Made by a program: the position numbers and the translations under genes | Shown here: piece by piece, positions 43,944 to 60,005 of the stretch | Layout of the letters: the number at the start of each line of letters is the position of its first letter | How positions within the stretch are numbered: the first letter of the stretch is position 1 | Notes under the pieces: model-generated | The model's input: only the letters and a program-made list of their open reading frames with translations | Told to the model about the DNA's origin: nothing | Database searches by the model: none | NCBI RefSeq assembly: GCF_036507355.1 | Contig: NZ_AP027877.1 | DNA length: 64,000 nt | Strand: one strand, 5' to 3' | Source of the DNA: Escherichia coli | Lineage (GTDB): Bacteria; Pseudomonadota; Gammaproteobacteria; Enterobacterales; Enterobacteriaceae

Positions 43944-45365
43944 ATGAATATTACCAATGATGTAATTAAAAATAGCGGAATTGCATTTGGTACAAGTGGT
44001 GCTCGTGGATTAGTGAAAGATTTTACACCCAACGTGTGTGCTGCATTCACTTATGCTTTTATCGATGTAATGATGAAGGATTTTTCTTTTAAAGAGGTTG
44101 CGCTCGCAATAGATAATCGGCCAAGCAGCTATGCTATGGCACAAGCTTGCGCAGCAGCATTGTTGGAATGTAGTATTAAACCTATTTACTACGGTGTAAT
44201 TCCAACTCCAGCTTTGGCAAATCAAGCGATTGCCGATGGGATTCCTGCAATAATGGTTACTGGAAGTCATATTCCATTTGATAGAAATGGTTTGAAATTC
44301 TATCGTCCAGACGGGGAAATTTCAAAAGAAAATGAGAACAGCATTATACATGCTGAAAAAGAGTATCCTGATGTAACTGTATTGCCAGAATTACAATGTT
44401 CAAAGCGTGCCGCTGATACTTATATCGAGAGAAACACTTCAATTTTTTCAAATATATTTAAAGGTAAACGTATCGGGATTTATGAACATTCAAGTGCGGG
44501 ACGGGATCTTTATTCAGAAATATTCAGTAAACTTGGTGCTGAAGTTGTAAGTATTGGTAGAAGTGATAAGTTTGTGCCTATTGATACTGAAGCAGTATCA
44601 AAAGAAGATGAAGAAAAAGCTTTACACTGGTCATCTGAGTATGACCTCGATATGATTTTTTCTACCGATGGTGATGGCGATCGTCCTTTGGTTGCTGACG
44701 AAAATGGCGTTTGGTTACGGGGTGATATATTAGGACTATTTTGCTCAAAGGCAATGAATATTGAAGCGGTAGCTGTACCTGTAAGTTGTAATACGGTTAT
44801 TCAGACTTGCGGGTGGTTTAATCATGTAACGCTGACTAAAATTGGTTCACCATACGTCATTTCAGCGTTTGATTCTCTGAATAATAGTTTTGATAGGGTT
44901 GCAGGGTTTGAGGCTAACGGTGGGTATCTTTTAGGTAGCGATGTAAATTATAACAGCGGTATGATTAAAGCGCTTCCAACAAGAGATGCTGTTTTGCCTG
45001 CTTTAATGGTACTGGCACTGGCTATAAAAAATAATGTGACTATTTCAAAACTCTTGGCGGAGTTGCCACCACGATTTACCTACTCAAATAGAGTTCAAAA
45101 TTTTGCAACAAGCAAAAGCAAAAGCATTATCGCGTCAGCTCAAGAAAATCCTCAAGAATTTATCGAAAGAATAGGCTTTGTCGATCTTCATGTACAATCG
45201 GTGGATACAATTGACGGGTTAAGATTGACACTAAGTGATGGTTCAATAATCCATTTGCGACCGTCAGGCAACGCACCTGAATTGCGATGCTATGCAGAAG
45301 CAGATAACATAATAAAAGCTGAAAAATTAGTGTTAGAAGTTTTGCATAAAGTTACTCTTTTGTAA
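43944..45365 (+). CDS. manB: Phosphomannomutase (O-antigen copy)
   Basis: Start at [22 protein letters not shown] (473 aa); AT-rich. Confidence 0.85.
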   Translation: MNITNDVIKNSGIAFGTSGARGLVKDFTPNVCAAFTYAFIDVMMKDFSFKEVALAIDNRPSSYAMAQACAAALLECSIKPIYYGVIPTPALANQAIADGIPAIMVTGSHIPFDRNGLKFYRPDGEISKENENSIIHAEKEYPDVTVLPELQCSKRAADTYIERNTSIFSNIFKGKRIGIYEHSSAGRDLYSEIFSKLGAEVVSIGRSDKFVPIDTEAVSKEDEEKALHWSSEYDLDMIFSTDGDGDRPLVADENGVWLRGDILGLFCSKAMNIEAVAVPVSCNTVIQTCGWFNHVTLTKIGSPYVISAFDSLNNSFDRVAGFEANGGYLLGSDVNYNSGMIKALPTRDAVLPALMVLALAIKNNVTISKLLAELPPRFTYSNRVQNFATSKSKSIIASAQENPQEFIERIGFVDLHVQSVDTIDGLRLTLSDGSIIHLRPSGNAPELRCYAEADNIIKAEKLVLEVLHKVTLL

Positions 45366-45547
45366 AAAATATAAACTTTTTTCTACTCTTGAGCGGTTTG
45401 TCATTTAACCGCTCAGTAATAGATTGTTTATAAATTGTTTATATTTAGCATTGGTGTTTTTATTTGCGTTCATCCCGAATAAGAGATTGTAAAATTAACT
45501 GTTTCTTATTTTTCAAATGAGTTACTTCACTAGTAAAGCTAATTACT

Positions 45548-46879
45548 ATGCATAAGCAATATTATTTATTATTGTGCAATAAAATACAGTTTAAACATCT
45601 GGCTATATATTTTTCTGTATTTCTTTCACTATCCTCATGTTTCTTGTGGGGAGGGGCGGATACATTTGTATCGCAAGTGTATATTGATATTTTAGCCACT
45701 ATATCTACAGCGCTATTAGTTATTTTGATGTTCTATTATTATATTAATAGAGTTCGCTATTTATCACTAACCTTACTTTTTGCATTCGTTTTTTCTTTGA
45801 TTATTGGTTTGCCATCGATTTATCTTTACTATTTTAAAAACGCAAATCATGGGTTTGAAATAATTTGTATCTGGGGGATGTTGATCAATTCCATCCTTTA
45901 CTTGCAAACAACAGAGACTGTCATAAAAGAAGAAAAAAGATATTTAACTAGTTTATTTTATATTTTGTTTTCTATTGTTGCACTGTGTCAATTATACAAA
46001 ATATTAATTTATCTTATGTTTATATTGAATTCAGGAGAAGGGCATTTAGCAATTTATACTGAAAGCGAAGAATTGCTATCCCAAGTTCCATTTTTTATTC
46101 GTGCTATTAGTGGTTTTGCAGTTGTAATGTCATTGTCCACTTTTTATTTTAAAACACCGACCTACATTAAAGTTATTGCATTTGTTTTACTTGCATCTGA
46201 TTTAGCTATTGGAATACGTAATAAGTTTTTCTTTTCAGTGATTTGTATTTTTATACTATATATGTACTCTAATGAGTATAGAGTAAGAAATTTATTTAAG
46301 CAGCTCTCAAAACCAATATTTCTCATCGCCGGTTTTTTATGCTTCTCGATGGTATCGTATTTCCGTGAAGGGTACCAAATCGATTTTATGATTTATATTG
46401 GCATTGTTTTAGATTCGCTATCCTCTACTCTTGGGGGGATGCAGAATTTGTTTGATATGCAATCATCAGGATGGGATCAACTTCATCCCGCTGTGGTATT
46501 CACACAAGTATTACCGCTAAGCGGTCTTGGTTTTCTTGATGATCAACAAATCGCAAAAGATTTTTCAATAATTGTTTTAGGTGATGTATCCTCTGGTATT
46601 GCGTTGTCATCTTCAGGATTGTTAGAGTCATCGTTGCTGAGTCTAAACTTGGGAGTGATTATTTATTTACTGTATTTATCAGGGGTGATGCTATTTATTA
46701 AATGGGGACTAAATAATCAACGGATAATAATAAACTTTGTTGCCATCTCCATGATATCTGGATTTTTTTATGCTGTTCGTGGTGAACTGATTTTGCCATT
46801 GGCTTTTCTTCTAAAATCATTGCCGATTGTTCTTATATCTCCATTACTTGTTAAAAATAAAATTTATCATGGTCAGTAA
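45548..46879 (+). CDS. wzy: O-antigen polymerase
   Basis: 443-aa extremely hydrophobic, very AT-rich ORF with multiple predicted TM segments; start uncertain. Confidence 0.7.
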   Translation: MHKQYYLLLCNKIQFKHLAIYFSVFLSLSSCFLWGGADTFVSQVYIDILATISTALLVILMFYYYINRVRYLSLTLLFAFVFSLIIGLPSIYLYYFKNANHGFEIICIWGMLINSILYLQTTETVIKEEKRYLTSLFYILFSIVALCQLYKILIYLMFILNSGEGHLAIYTESEELLSQVPFFIRAISGFAVVMSLSTFYFKTPTYIKVIAFVLLASDLAIGIRNKFFFSVICIFILYMYSNEYRVRNLFKQLSKPIFLIAGFLCFSMVSYFREGYQIDFMIYIGIVLDSLSSTLGGMQNLFDMQSSGWDQLHPAVVFTQVLPLSGLGFLDDQQIAKDFSIIVLGDVSSGIALSSSGLLESSLLSLNLGVIIYLLYLSGVMLFIKWGLNNQRIIINFVAISMISGFFYAVRGELILPLAFLLKSLPIVLISPLLVKNKIYHGQ

Positions 46880-46920
46880 GTGGTTTATTTTTCGACCAGG
46901 ATCTCACCAGTAGGCATGAC

Positions 46921-48156
46921 ATGATCAAAGAAATTTTCTCCGATGGCATTTTTTCGCTATTTAATAAAATATGTTACTTCGGTTTTAAAACACTTGCAAT
47001 AATTCTGATTACTCGTTCCTTAGGAGAAGATGTAGGCGGAGAGTTCATTTTTTTAGTTGGTTTTCTCGAAGTCCTTCGGGTGGTTACTGATTTTGGTGTG
47101 GATCTGTTTGTTATAAAAAAATATAATGATTCTACAGATAAAATAAAACTATTAAATGTAACGTTTGCACAAAAAATTCTTTCTGGAGTAATTGTTTTAC
47201 TACTGTTTTGTTTGTATTCTTTTGTTCAGGGTTATCAATATAATGTCTATATTCCTATTGTGTTAGCCTTACCTGTTGCTTTATTTTTTAATTTCTCAAA
47301 TAGCTATTTTCAATCTCTAAATTCCAATAAATCTCTCACGTTTCCGATCGCAATTGCATCTATTGCAACGTGTACGATCTTCGCTATTCAGTATTTTTTC
47401 AACGTTAAATTTAACGCATGGGATTACCTGTGTGTTGAACTATTATTCGTATCGCTGGTTACACTAAAACTATTCGTTAGTGTCAAGTTTAGGTTTATTA
47501 GAACGTCAGCTTTTGATGTGCTAATGTCAATTCTTTCTTTATATAAATATACATTAAGTATAGGTCTTACAGCTGTTGTTGTAATTATTTATAGCCGTAT
47601 AGATAATTTTTATCTCAAGACATTTGCCCCAGGGGATCTTGCAGCATATGGCCAGATATTTAGGATGGTTGATCCACTGGTTATGGTTTCTTCTGTATTT
47701 TCTACAGTTGCCTATGCAAGATTTTGCCGAATTAACTTACAAGAAAAAAATACTTTTACTAAGGTGTTTCAGTTCCTGTTATGTATTGTGGCATATGGCG
47801 TGCTGAGTTCATTAGTTTATTTCTTTATAATAAAATACCTGGGTCATTTTGTATTGATTTCTAATGTTAATAATGATTTCTTGATAATGATGTTCTTGAT
47901 TGTTGCATGTGTGAAATGTATCAATGGTGGTACAACTGCAATAATTCAGTCACAGGGGTTTTATAAAGTGGGTTTGTATGTTTCGTATGTTTGCATTTTG
48001 ACATCGATACCAACTATGTATTTCTTAATAATGAAGTACGGTGTTAAAGGTGCTGCTATGACGATTCTGCTTGTAGAGTGTATTAGTTTCATATTACTTC
48101 TCTGCAGCTTTTTTATGATAAAAAAGATGCGTCCTAAAAAAACATTCGAAATGTAA
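46921..48156 (+). CDS. wzx: O-antigen flippase
   Basis: 411-aa polytopic membrane protein with Wzx-like N-terminus (RSLGEDVGGEF...DFGVD). Confidence 0.75.
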   Translation: MIKEIFSDGIFSLFNKICYFGFKTLAIILITRSLGEDVGGEFIFLVGFLEVLRVVTDFGVDLFVIKKYNDSTDKIKLLNVTFAQKILSGVIVLLLFCLYSFVQGYQYNVYIPIVLALPVALFFNFSNSYFQSLNSNKSLTFPIAIASIATCTIFAIQYFFNVKFNAWDYLCVELLFVSLVTLKLFVSVKFRFIRTSAFDVLMSILSLYKYTLSIGLTAVVVIIYSRIDNFYLKTFAPGDLAAYGQIFRMVDPLVMVSSVFSTVAYARFCRINLQEKNTFTKVFQFLLCIVAYGVLSSLVYFFIIKYLGHFVLISNVNNDFLIMMFLIVACVKCINGGTTAIIQSQGFYKVGLYVSYVCILTSIPTMYFLIMKYGVKGAAMTILLVECISFILLLCSFFMIKKMRPKKTFEM

Positions 48157-48308
48157 TCAATGAGTCCTCTTTGAATAGAATTAGTTTGTTCTATTTATGA
48201 ACACTTAGCTTGAGTAAGTTCTAACATAGATTACTAATTGTTTGATACTATCTGCTTTACAAGCATAACCGCGTATGTCGCGGTGACCACACCTGACAGG
48301 AGTATGTA

Positions 48309-49715
48309 ATGTCCAAGCAACAGATCGGCGTCGTCGGTATGGCAGTGATGGGGCGCAACCTGGCGCTCAACATCGAAAGCCGTGGTTATACCGTCTCCGT
48401 CTTCAACCGCTCCCGCGAAAAAACTGAAGAAGTTGTTGCCGAGAACCCGGGTAAGAAACTGGTTCCTTATTACACGGTGAAAGAGTTTGTCGAGTCTCTT
48501 GAAACCCCTCGTCGCATCCTGTTAATGGTGAAAGCAGGTGCAGGCACGGATGCTGCTATTGATTCCCTCAAACCATATCTCGATAAAGGTGACATCATCA
48601 TTGATGGTGGTAACACCTTCTTCCAGGACACTATTCGTCGTAATCGTGAGCTTTCAGCAGAGGGCTTTAACTTCATCGGTACCGGTGTTTCCGGCGGTGA
48701 AGAGGGGGCGTTGAAAGGGCCTTCCATCATGCCTGGTGGGCAGAAAGAAGCCTATGAACTGGTTGCACCAATTCTGACCAAAATCGCCGCAGTAGCTGAA
48801 GACGGTGAGCCATGCGTTACCTATATTGGTGCCGATGGCGCAGGTCACTATGTGAAGATGGTTCACAACGGTATTGAATACGGCGATATGCAACTGATTG
48901 CTGAAGCCTATTCTCTGCTTAAAGGTGGTCTGAACCTCACCAACGAAGAACTGGCGCAGACCTTTACCGAGTGGAATAACGGTGAACTGAGCAGCTACCT
49001 GATCGACATCACCAAAGATATCTTCACTAAAAAAGATGAAGACGGTAACTACCTGGTTGATGTGATTCTGGATGAAGCAGCAAACAAAGGTACCGGTAAA
49101 TGGACCAGCCAGAGCGCGCTGGATCTCGGAGAACCGCTGTCGCTGATTACAGAGTCTGTGTTTGCACGTTATATCTCTTCTCTGAAAGATCAGCGCGTTG
49201 CCGCTTCTAAAGTTCTCTCTGGCCCGCAAGCGCAGCCAGCAGGCGACAAGGCTGAGTTCATCGAAAAAGTTCGTCGTGCGCTGTATCTGGGCAAAATCGT
49301 TTCTTACGCTCAGGGTTTCTCTCAGCTGCGCGCAGCGTCTGAAGAGTACAACTGGGATCTGAACTACGGCGAAATCGCGAAGATTTTCCGTGCTGGCTGC
49401 ATCATCCGTGCGCAGTTCTTGCAGAAAATCACCGATGCTTATGCCGAAAATCCACAGATCGCTAACCTGCTGCTGGCTCCGTACTTCAAGCAAATTGCCG
49501 ATGACTACCAGCAGGCGCTGCGTGATGTCGTTGCTTATGCAGTACAGAACGGTATCCCGGTTCCGACCTTCGCTGCTGCGGTTGCCTATTACGATAGCTA
49601 CCGTGCCGCTGTTCTGCCTGCGAACCTGATCCAGGCACAGCGTGACTATTTCGGTGCGCATACTTATAAGCGCATTGATAAAGAAGGTGTGTTCCATACT
49701 GAATGGCTGGATTAA
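48309..49715 (+). CDS. gnd: 6-phosphogluconate dehydrogenase (decarboxylating)
   Basis: 468 aa; [16 protein letters not shown]. Confidence 0.97.
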   Translation: MSKQQIGVVGMAVMGRNLALNIESRGYTVSVFNRSREKTEEVVAENPGKKLVPYYTVKEFVESLETPRRILLMVKAGAGTDAAIDSLKPYLDKGDIIIDGGNTFFQDTIRRNRELSAEGFNFIGTGVSGGEEGALKGPSIMPGGQKEAYELVAPILTKIAAVAEDGEPCVTYIGADGAGHYVKMVHNGIEYGDMQLIAEAYSLLKGGLNLTNEELAQTFTEWNNGELSSYLIDITKDIFTKKDEDGNYLVDVILDEAANKGTGKWTSQSALDLGEPLSLITESVFARYISSLKDQRVAASKVLSGPQAQPAGDKAEFIEKVRRALYLGKIVSYAQGFSQLRAASEEYNWDLNYGEIAKIFRAGCIIRAQFLQKITDAYAENPQIANLLLAPYFKQIADDYQQALRDVVAYAVQNGIPVPTFAAAVAYYDSYRAAVLPANLIQAQRDYFGAHTYKRIDKEGVFHTEWLD

Positions 49716-49742
49716 TCCGATTTAACCAACAATAAAATTGAG

Positions 49743-49774
49743 GCCCGGCGTATATTGCACCGGGCTTTTTTTTT
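49743..49774 (+). terminator. Rho-independent terminator after gnd
   Basis: gcccggcgtatattgcaccgggc hairpin followed by T9. Confidence 0.8.
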
Positions 49775-49955
49775 GCCAATTATCTTATAGACTAAATGTC
49801 ACTGCTTAATATTAACTTAATAAATATCAGCTATTCTTATAAAGAAAATCTGAATTGTTTTTCGTTGCGTTGACCATCGAACAACGTAGCGTTAAAACTT
49901 TTAGCTCTTATCAGGATGCTAAAAACATCATGATTCACAGTTAAGTTAATTCTGA

Positions 49956-51131
<1,176 letters not shown>

Positions 51132-51140
51132 CATCTTGTT

Positions 51141-51174
51141 ATCAGGGCTATTTACGCCCTGATTGTCTTTTGTT
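51141..51174 (+). terminator. Probable terminator after ugd
   Basis: atcagggc...gccctgat 8-bp stem followed by a T-rich tract. Confidence 0.5.
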
Positions 51175-51273
51175 ACTTACGCAACAATTCATTATTTTTA
51201 TCACTTATCCTATAGCATTCGCGAGGATTATCGCTAAACTATGCGGACTTGGAAATTTCCGTCAGTTAGGGTA

Positions 51274-52254
51274 ATGATGAGAGTAGAAAATAATAATGTT
51301 TCTGGGCAAAACCATGACCCGGAACAGATTGATTTGATTGATTTACTAGTGCAGTTGTGGCGTGGCAAGATGACAATCATCATTTCCGTCATTGTGGCTA
51401 TTGCCCTGGCTATTGGATATTTGGCAGTAGCGAAGGAGAAATGGACGTCAACAGCAATTATCACTCAGCCCGACGTGGGGCAAATTGCTGGCTATAACAA
51501 TGCCATGAATGTTATCTATGGTCAGGCTGCGCCGAAAGTATCGGATTTACAGGAAACGTTGATTGGTCGCTTCAGTTCTGCCTTCTCTGCATTAGCAGAA
51601 ACGTTGGATAATCAGGAAGAGCCAGAAAAACTTACCATCGAACCTTCTGTTAAGAACCAGCAATTACCATTGACTGTTTCTTATGTTGGGCAAACTGCAG
51701 AGGGCGCACAAATGAAGTTGGCCCAATACATTCAGCAAGTTGACGATAAAGTGAATCAAGAGCTAGAAAAGGATCTCAAGGACAACATTGCTCTGGGACG
51801 GAAAAACTTGCAGGACTCTTTAAGAACGCAGGAAGTAGTCGCGCAGGGGCAGAAAGATCTGCGTATCCGTCAGATTCAGGAAGTGTTGCAGTATGCGAAT
51901 CAGGCGCAGGTGGCAAAGCCACAGGTTCAGCAGACTGAAGATGTGACGCAAGATACGTTGTTCCTTTTGGGTAGCGAAGCGCTGGAGTCGATGATTAAGC
52001 ATGAGGCGACCCGTCCGTTGGTGTTCTCATCAAACTACTATCAGACACGTCAAAACCTGCTGGATATCGAAAGCTTAAAGGTTGATGATCTTGATATTCA
52101 TGCTTACCGCTATGTGATGAAACCGACGTTACCTATTCGTCGCGATAGCCCGAAAAAGGCAATTACCTTGATTCTGGCGGTGCTGCTGGGTGGCATGGTT
52201 GGCGCGGGGATTGTCTTGGGGCGTAACGCTCTGCGTAATTACAACGCGAAGTAA
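51274..52254 (+). CDS. wzzB: O-antigen chain-length determinant
   Basis: Start at MMRVENNNVSGQ (about 326 aa); TM helices near both termini. Confidence 0.9.
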   Translation: MMRVENNNVSGQNHDPEQIDLIDLLVQLWRGKMTIIISVIVAIALAIGYLAVAKEKWTSTAIITQPDVGQIAGYNNAMNVIYGQAAPKVSDLQETLIGRFSSAFSALAETLDNQEEPEKLTIEPSVKNQQLPLTVSYVGQTAEGAQMKLAQYIQQVDDKVNQELEKDLKDNIALGRKNLQDSLRTQEVVAQGQKDLRIRQIQEVLQYANQAQVAKPQVQQTEDVTQDTLFLLGSEALESMIKHEATRPLVFSSNYYQTRQNLLDIESLKVDDLDIHAYRYVMKPTLPIRRDSPKKAITLILAVLLGGMVGAGIVLGRNALRNYNAK

Positions 52255-52274
52255 TCTTTTCGGTTTTAAAGAAA

Positions 52275-52308
52275 ATGGGCAGTGTGGTGACACCTTGCCC
52301 ATTTTTTT
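52275..52308 (+). terminator. Rho-independent terminator between convergent wzzB and hisI
   Basis: atgggca...tgcccat stem followed by T7. Confidence 0.8.
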
Positions 52309-52350
52309 GGCCGGATGCGACAACAATATCGCATCCGCTTACCCCGCAAC

Positions 52351-52955
52351 TCACTGATGCCGTTTACGCAGGTTTTCAATTACCGTCGTTAAATCCAGAT
52401 CCTGATCCTGCAACAGCACCAGCAGGTGATACATCAAATCAGACGCCTCGTTGGTCAGCTCAAAGCGGTCATGTACAGTCGCGGCCAGTGCGGTTTCCAC
52501 GCCTTCTTCGCCCACTTTCTGCGCAATGCGTTTGGTGCCGCTGGCATACAGTTTGGCAGTGTAAGAGGTTTCCGGGTCGGCAGATTTGCGTTCGGCGAGC
52601 AGTTGTTCCAGTTGATACAGGAACAGCCACTGGTGAGCGGTGTCGCCGAAGCAGCTGCTGGTGCCTTTGTGGCAGGTCGGGCCGATGGGATTCGCCAGCA
52701 CCAGTAAAGTGTCGTTGTCGCAGTCCGGCGCAATATTTACTACGTTGAGGAAATTGCCCGACGTTTCGCCTTTGGTCCACAGCCGTTGTTTAGTGCGCGA
52801 GAAGAAGGTGACTTTGCCGCTTTCGATGGTTTTGTCTAAAGCTTCCGGGTTCATATAGCCCAGCATTAGCACTTCGCCGGATACCGCGTGTTGCACAATC
52901 ACCGGCATAAGTCCGTCGATTTTTTCCCAGTCCAGTTCGCGACGTTGTTGTTCTG

Positions 52956-52962
<7 letters not shown>
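52351..52962 (-). CDS. hisI: Bifunctional phosphoribosyl-AMP cyclohydrolase / phosphoribosyl-ATP pyrophosphatase
   Basis: 203 aa; recognised as HisIE. Confidence 0.95.
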
Positions 52963-55040
<2,078 letters not shown>

Positions 55041-55041
<1 letters not shown>

Positions 55042-56107
55042 TACAGCACTCCTTTCGACGAGGGCAGGGTGTCGCCTTCCACGCGGATGGCCTGGCGCAG
55101 AGTGCGACCAAAGGCTTTGAACAGGCTCTCTACACGGTGATGATCGTTTTTACCTTTAGTTTTCAGGTGTAGCGTCACGCCCATGGTGTAAGAGAGCGAA
55201 CGGAAGAAGTGCTCGATCATCTCGGTGCTGAGATCGCCCACGCGCTGGTAGGTAAACTCGGCTTTATATTCCAGGTGCGGGCGACCAGAGATATCCAGTG
55301 CACAGCGGGCAAGGCATTCGTCCATCGGCAGCACAAAACCAAAGCGGCAAATACCGCGTTTGTCGCCGAGGGCGATTTTTAATGCTTCGCCCAGCGCCAG
55401 GCCGGTATCTTCGACGGTGTGGTGATCGTCGATATAGAGGTCGCCTTTGACGTTGATTTCCATGCGGAAACCGCCGTGGGTGGCGATCTGATCCAGCATG
55501 TGATCAAAGAAGCCAACGCCGGTATTAATCTTGCTGCCACCTTCACGATCCAGCCACACCTGGACGTCAATTTGCGTCTCTTTGGTGTTGCGCACTACAT
55601 GGGCGTAACGGTCTCGTTTAGTGAGTTGCTCACCAATCATCGGCCAGTTCAGGGTTTCGCGGTCGTAGCGTAAACCAGTAATGCCCATGTTTTCAGCGAG
55701 TTGAATATCGGTCGCGCGATCGCCAATCACATAACTGTTGGCACGATCCATCGCTTGCTCAGCAAGGTAACGCTCCACCAGTTTTACTTTCGGCTTACGG
55801 CAGTCGCACTCATCGGCGGGCAGGTGCGGACAAATCAGCACTTCATCAAACTGCACGCCTTGCGAGGTGAAGATCTGCATCATCAGGTTGTGCGGGCCAT
55901 CAAAATCCGCCTGCGGGAAACTTTGTGTTCCCAGACCATCCTGATTAGTGATCATCACCAGCTTGTAGCCCGCTTTTTGCAGCTTCAGCAGCTCCGGGAT
56001 CACGCCCGGTTCAAAGGCGAGTTTGTCAAAACGATCCACCTGAAAATCACTCGGCGGTTCGCTAATCAGGGTTCCATCGCGATCGATAAAAAGATACTTC
56101 TGACTCA

Positions 56108-56108
<1 letters not shown>
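55041..56108 (-). CDS. hisB: Bifunctional histidinol-phosphatase / imidazoleglycerol-phosphate dehydratase
   Basis: 355 aa. Confidence 0.95.
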
Positions 56109-58479
<2,371 letters not shown>

Positions 58480-58484
58480 GGCGA

Positions 58485-59384
58485 TCACTCCATCATCTTC
58501 TCAATCGGCAGGACCAGAATCGAACTGGCACCCAGCGCTTTCAGTTTTTCCATCGTTTCCCAGAACAGGGTTTCGCTACTGACCATGTGCATCGCTACGC
58601 GCTGTTGATCACCCGCCAGCGGTAGAATAGTTGGGCGTTCGGCACCTGGCAGCAGGGCGATGACTTCATCCAGACGTTCGGTCGGTGCGTGCATCATGAT
58701 GTATTTTGATTCGCGCGCCTGGATCACACCCTGAATACGGGTCAGCAGTTTGTCGATCAGTTGCTGTTTGGATTCTTCCATTTCGCCATCGCGTTGTATC
58801 AGGCAGGCTTTCGAGCGATAGATAACTTCGACTTCGCGCAGGCCGTTTGCTTCCAGCGTGGCACCGGTGGAAACCAGATCGCAAATCGCATCCGCCAGTC
58901 CGGCACGCGGGGCGACTTCAACAGAACCGTTCAGTAAGCAGGATTTAAAAGAGATGCCTTTCTGGTCGAGATAACGCTTGAGCAGGTGAGGATAAGAGGT
59001 GGCGATACGTTTACCGTTTAAGGAGAGCGGGCCATCCCAGGCTTCATCAACCGGCGTTGCCAGTGAAAGTCGGCAGCCGCCGAAATCCAGACGACGCAGG
59101 GTAAAGTAGCGCGGATCTTCACCTTGGGCGCGGCGATTAAGCAACTCTTCTTCCAGCACGTTTTCGCCGATAATCCCAAGGTCTACCACGCCATCCATTA
59201 CCAGACCGGGAATGTCGTCGTCACGCACGCGCAGAATATCAATCGGCATGTTTTCTGCCATCGCGATCAGGCGCTGGGTGTGAAGATTGATTTTAATGCC
59301 ACAGCGCGCCAGCAATTCGCGTGAGTCATCACTTAAACGGCCGGATTTCTGCATAGCTATGCGTAAACGAGTGTTGTCTGTCAT
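58485..59384 (-). CDS. hisG: ATP phosphoribosyltransferase
   Basis: Start at [17 protein letters not shown] (299 aa). Confidence 0.95.
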
Positions 59385-59430
59385 TTTCTTATTCCTCTTT
59401 AAACCTGTCTGAACCGTTATCAACCGCGCA

Positions 59431-59466
59431 ATAAAAAAGCCCCCGGAAGGTGATCTTCCGGGGGCT
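59431..59466 (-). terminator. his attenuator terminator hairpin
   Basis: Minus-strand agcccccggaag...cttccgggggct followed by a U-run. Confidence 0.9.
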
Positions 59467-59529
59467 TTCTCATGCGTTCATGAACCACTGGAAGATCTGA
59501 ATGTCTTCCAGCACACATCGCCTGAAAGA

Positions 59530-59580
59530 CTAGTCAGGATGATGGTGATGATGGTGGTGTTTAAATTGAACGCGTGTCAT
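59530..59580 (-). CDS. hisL: his operon leader peptide
   Basis: Minus strand encodes MTRVQFKHHHHHHHPD with seven consecutive His codons. Confidence 0.95.
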   Translation of the reverse strand: MTRVQFKHHHHHHHPD

Positions 59581-59584
59581 AAAA

Positions 59585-59650
59585 GTCTCTGTGAATGTTT
59601 ATTCAACTGATGTCTTTTAACCTAAACCACTTTCACGTTAGAAAGCAAGG
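59585..59650 (-). promoter_or_regulatory. his operon promoter region (approximate)
   Basis: Minus strand ...cttgctttctaacgtgaaagtggtttaggttaaaagacatcagttgaataaacattcacagag immediately upstream of hisL; exact -35/-10 not delimited. Confidence 0.6.
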
Positions 59651-59799
59651 GCTTTTTTATATATTTTATGGCGATGGATTTGTTTAATGAATGAGCGGGG
59701 AAAGGAGGGGGCTAAGAGTGACTAGGTTAAAAAAGTAATCGTGAAAATATGTCATTAAACCCTCAAGAACATTGTGTTCTGTAACTAAAGTGGGCTTTG

Positions 59800-59905
59800 T
59801 TCCTGCCGGATGCGGCGTGAATGCCTTATCAGGTCTACAAATGTTGCCTAAATTCAATATATTGATGTTTTTGTAGGACTGATAAGCGGAGCGCATCAGG
59901 CAATG
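59800..59905. repeat. REP/BIME-like pair between hisL and yeeZ
   Basis: cctgccggatgcggcgtgaatgccttatcaggtctac ... gtaggactgataagcggagcgcatcaggc. Confidence 0.7.
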
Positions 59906-60005
59906 GTATATTTGCTAACAGTTTCGATTTCATTCATAGAATGAATTGTCAGTTTTGATACGCTAGCGTAGCCTTATAGATCTAAGGTGTATCAGGAGAT
60001 AACGG

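Noticed and set aside
48654-49697. 347-aa minus-strand ORF inside gnd
   Set aside because: Antisense shadow of gnd, a highly conserved housekeeping gene.
59684-59896. 70-aa minus-strand ORF where yefM-yoeB might be expected
   Set aside because: Translation does not resemble YefM or YoeB and the ORF overlaps REP repeats.
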